DNA from: Sumerlaeia bacterium | GTDB taxonomy: Bacteria; Sumerlaeota; Sumerlaeia; SLMS01; JAHLLQ01 | DNA: 64,000 nucleotides | Direction: 5' to 3' | Assembly: GCA_040219255.1 (NCBI GenBank) | Contig: JAVJSW010000037.1 | Span: forward strand, 32,001-96,000 | In this document: positions 61,540 through 64,000 of the stretch, in pieces | Position numbering within the stretch: position 1 is the first letter of the stretch | Layout of the letters: every line of letters begins with the position of its first letter | Program-made: the position numbers and the translations under genes | Notes under the pieces: model-generated | What the model saw: the letters and a program-made list of their open reading frames with translations, nothing else | Told to the model about the DNA's origin: nothing | Database searches by the model: none

Positions 61540-63117
61540 GTGACTCAGGATAAACAAAAGAAAAGCGCTCACGCGACGATGGCGCAGCGCTTGGGCGAGT
61601 TGCGAGACCGCGAAGCCCACATTCATCTCGGCGGCGGCAAAGACCGCATCGAAAAGCAGCACAAGGCCGGCAAGCTGAGCGCTCGCGAGCGCATCTCTTC
61701 GCTGACCGACGAAGGCTCCTTCCAGGAATCCTATGCCTTCGCCAAGCACCGCTGCACCGCCTTCGGCCTGGCCGATAAGGAATTTCCCGCCGACGGCGTC
61801 GTCACCGGCAGCGCCACCGTACAGGGGCGCCAGGTGTACCTCGCCAGCCAGGACTTCACCGTCGCCGGCGGCGCCCTGGGCCAAATCCACGGCACCAAGA
61901 TCGTGGAGATGATGCAGGGGTCGCTCAAGACCGGCAGCCCCTTCGTCTTCATCAACGACAGCGGCGGCGCCCGGATCCAGGAAGGCATCGACAGCCTGAC
62001 GGCCTACGCGGAGGTGTTCTATCACAACACGCTGCTGTCGGGCGTAGTGCCCCAGATTTCGCTCATCCTCGGTCCCTGCGCCGGCGGCGCGGCGTACAGC
62101 CCGGCGCTGACCGATTTCATCATTCAATCGCGTTCGGCGCAGATTTTCATCACCGGACCCTCGGTCATCAAGCAGGTGACCGGAGCGGACGTGAGCCCGA
62201 CGGAGCTGGGCGGTCCGGATGTGCAGATGCGCAAAGCCGGCAACATTCACTTCATCGCCGAGGACGACCATCACGCGATCCAACTCTGCCAGCGGTTGCT
62301 CAGCTTCCTGCCGAGCAACAACGTGGAGGACGCGCCCTACGTTTCGTTCCCCGAGTCGATTTCGCTCGTGCCGGAGCTGAACGACAGCGTGCCGGTCGAG
62401 CCCAAGCAGGGCTACGACATCCACCGGGTCATCGATCTGATTGTGGACAACGGCGATTTCCTCGAGGTGCAAACGCATTTCGCCGCGAACGCGGTGGTGG
62501 GCTTCGGGCGCATCAAGGGGCAAACGATCGGCCTTGTGGCGAATCAGCCTTCGGTCACGGCCGGTGTGCTCGACATCGACAGCTCGGACAAGATCGCCCG
62601 CTTCGTGCGTTTCTGCAACGCGTTCAATATTCCGCTGGTGACGCTGGTGGACGTGCCCGGGTTCCTGCCGGGGCTCCAGCAGGAGCACGGCGGTATCATC
62701 CGTCACGGCGCGAAGGTTTTGTTCGCGTACTCGGCGGCGACGGTGCCGAAGATCACGATCGTTTTGCGCAAAGCGTACGGCGGGGCCTATGTGGCGATGT
62801 GCTGCAAGGGGCTCGGCGCGGACAAGGTGGCGTGTTGGCCGACGGCGGAGATCGCGGTGATGGGCGCCGAGGGCGCCGTGGCCGTGGTGTTCCGCAAGGA
62901 GCTGGACGCTGCGGAAGACAAAGCGGCCAAGCGCCAGGAGTTGATCACCGAATACCGCGAGACGTTCTCGTCGCCGTACATGGCGGCGGGACGGATGATG
63001 GTGGACGCGATCATCGAGCCGGCGGAAACGCGCCAGTATATCGCGCAATCGTTGGCGTTGCTGCGCAACAAGCGCGACTTGCGGCCCGAAAAGAAACACG
63101 GCTTGATGCCGCTGTAA
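61540..63117 (+). CDS. Acyl-CoA carboxyltransferase subunit (methylmalonyl-CoA decarboxylase alpha, MmdA/PccB-like)
   Basis: GKLSARERI, ADGVVTG, QDFTV.GG, DSGGARIQEG, GPCAGGAAYSPALTD, DVPGFLPG, RKAYGGA, KKHG..PL; GAGGAG RBS before GTG 61540. Confidence 0.94.
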   Translation: MTQDKQKKSAHATMAQRLGELRDREAHIHLGGGKDRIEKQHKAGKLSARERISSLTDEGSFQESYAFAKHRCTAFGLADKEFPADGVVTGSATVQGRQVYLASQDFTVAGGALGQIHGTKIVEMMQGSLKTGSPFVFINDSGGARIQEGIDSLTAYAEVFYHNTLLSGVVPQISLILGPCAGGAAYSPALTDFIIQSRSAQIFITGPSVIKQVTGADVSPTELGGPDVQMRKAGNIHFIAEDDHHAIQLCQRLLSFLPSNNVEDAPYVSFPESISLVPELNDSVPVEPKQGYDIHRVIDLIVDNGDFLEVQTHFAANAVVGFGRIKGQTIGLVANQPSVTAGVLDIDSSDKIARFVRFCNAFNIPLVTLVDVPGFLPGLQQEHGGIIRHGAKVLFAYSAATVPKITIVLRKAYGGAYVAMCCKGLGADKVACWPTAEIAVMGAEGAVAVVFRKELDAAEDKAAKRQELITEYRETFSSPYMAAGRMMVDAIIEPAETRQYIAQSLALLRNKRDLRPEKKHGLMPL

Positions 63118-63144
63118 CGTCGGCCCATTTCCTGGAGGTCCTTC

Positions 63145-63618
63145 ATGCCATCCCTTCTTTCTTCGACTTTCGATCTGCTCGCGCAGGCGCCCACGACAGC
63201 GCCGGCGGTGGCGGAGCCGGTGTCGAATTTCGCCCAGGCCGCCGAACTGGCGGTCATCGGAATGGGCCTAGTGGTCACAATGTTGGCCATCATGGCTCTG
63301 CTGATGTCTCTGGCGGGGGCTTGGGCCCGCAAAGCCTTCCCCGCCGATTCGAACGCGCCGGTGGCGAAGGCGCCCGCCGCCTCGCCGGGTCCGATCGCGA
63401 AGTCGCCGGTTCCGAGCCCATCGGCACCCCCGGCGGCCAAGGACGATCAGATCGCGCCGGAGATTGTGGCGGTCATCACCGCCGCGGTCGCGGCCACGGT
63501 GCAGCGGTCCTTCCGCATCCGTTCCATTACGCCTCAGACAACCCAATCGCCCGCGTGGATCCTGCAAGGCCGCAGCCGCCTGCTGAGTTCCCATAAACTG
63601 AGAAAAGGCTCACGATGA
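63145..63618 (+). CDS. OadG-family Na+-decarboxylase delta/gamma subunit (MmdD-like)
   Basis: Single TM (VIGMGLVVTMLAIMALL), Pro/Ala linker, EIVAVITAAVAA...IRSI...W...GR. Confidence 0.85.
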   Translation: MPSLLSSTFDLLAQAPTTAPAVAEPVSNFAQAAELAVIGMGLVVTMLAIMALLMSLAGAWARKAFPADSNAPVAKAPAASPGPIAKSPVPSPSAPPAAKDDQIAPEIVAVITAAVAATVQRSFRIRSITPQTTQSPAWILQGRSRLLSSHKLRKGSR

Positions 63619-64000
63619 AACTGCGCATTACGGTTCAAGGAAAAGTTTACGACGTCGACGTCGAAGTCTTGGAAGGTGGCGGTCCGGCCGCCGCCGGTGG
63701 GGGAGCGCCCCTTCCTCTGCCAGCGGCACCTGTCGCTCCTTCCGCGGTGCCTGCGGGGGCTTCAACTCCCCCCGCGGGTGCCACTCCGCCCGCCCCCGCC
63801 GCCGCGGGAGCCAACAGTGTCCCCTCGCCGATCGCCGGCTCGATCTTCAAGGTCAAGGTCAACGAGGGCGATGAGATCAACGAAGGCGATGAGATTTTCG
63901 TTCTCGAAGCGATGAAGATGGAAATGCCCGTCTACTCGCCCCGCAGCGGCACGGCGAAGTCCGTTCTGGTGCGGCCCGGCGACGCGGTGGCCCCTGGGCA
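63615..64000 (+). CDS. Biotin carboxyl carrier subunit (MmdC-like), truncated by the window end
   Basis: Not in the ORF track. MKLRITVQGKVYDVDVEV, Ala/Pro linker, VPSPIAGSIFKVKV..GD, EAMKME biotin-attachment motif. Confidence 0.92.
   Translation, partial: MKLRITVQGKVYDVDVEVLEGGGPAAAGGGAPLPLPAAPVAPSAVPAGASTPPAGATPPAPAAAGANSVPSPIAGSIFKVKVNEGDEINEGDEIFVLEAMKMEMPVYSPRSGTAKSVLVRPGDAVAPG

Overview
A high-GC, gene-dense bacterial window from a diderm organism (TolC, O-antigen-ligase-like protein, lipoproteins, GspE/PilB ATPase). The gene content, and secreted proteins ending in a short W-x-x-Y/W tail, suggest Candidatus Sumerlaeota (BRC1), but this is inference only. Housekeeping and metabolic genes include an SDR, panC, a TolC/MacA/MacB-like efflux set, a DppA-type solute-binding lipoprotein, leuA, nifJ (PFOR), and a mutAB-meaB-mce-mmdA/D/C operon (methylmalonyl-CoA pathway with a probable Na+-pumping decarboxylase, cut off at the window end). 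Two features absent from the ORF track can be read directly: a 28-aa bS22/mS38-like ribosomal protein gene (8610-8696) and a complete Leu (CUG) T-box riboswitch upstream of leuA, followed by a Leu-rich uORF. Accessory content includes an orphan Rhs toxin/immunity cassette with duplicated gene relics, a PilZ-PilB-membrane-anchored MshEN module and surface-glycosylation genes. The two best candidates for an undescribed system are (1) a minus-strand operon, 41412 to 34078, encoding a secreted gingipain/PorU-like C25 peptidase, a PqqD/RRE, a YxxP-leader precursor peptide, an HPr-kinase-like ATPase, a nucleotidyltransferase and an RRE-radical SAM-SPASM enzyme, with no lasso cyclase; and (2) a shared C-terminal P-x-A-x(2-3)-[GDE]-W-x-x-[YW](E) tag on three unrelated large secreted enzymes, a possible protein-sorting signal. 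All family assignments come from motifs read by eye; no database searches were run.
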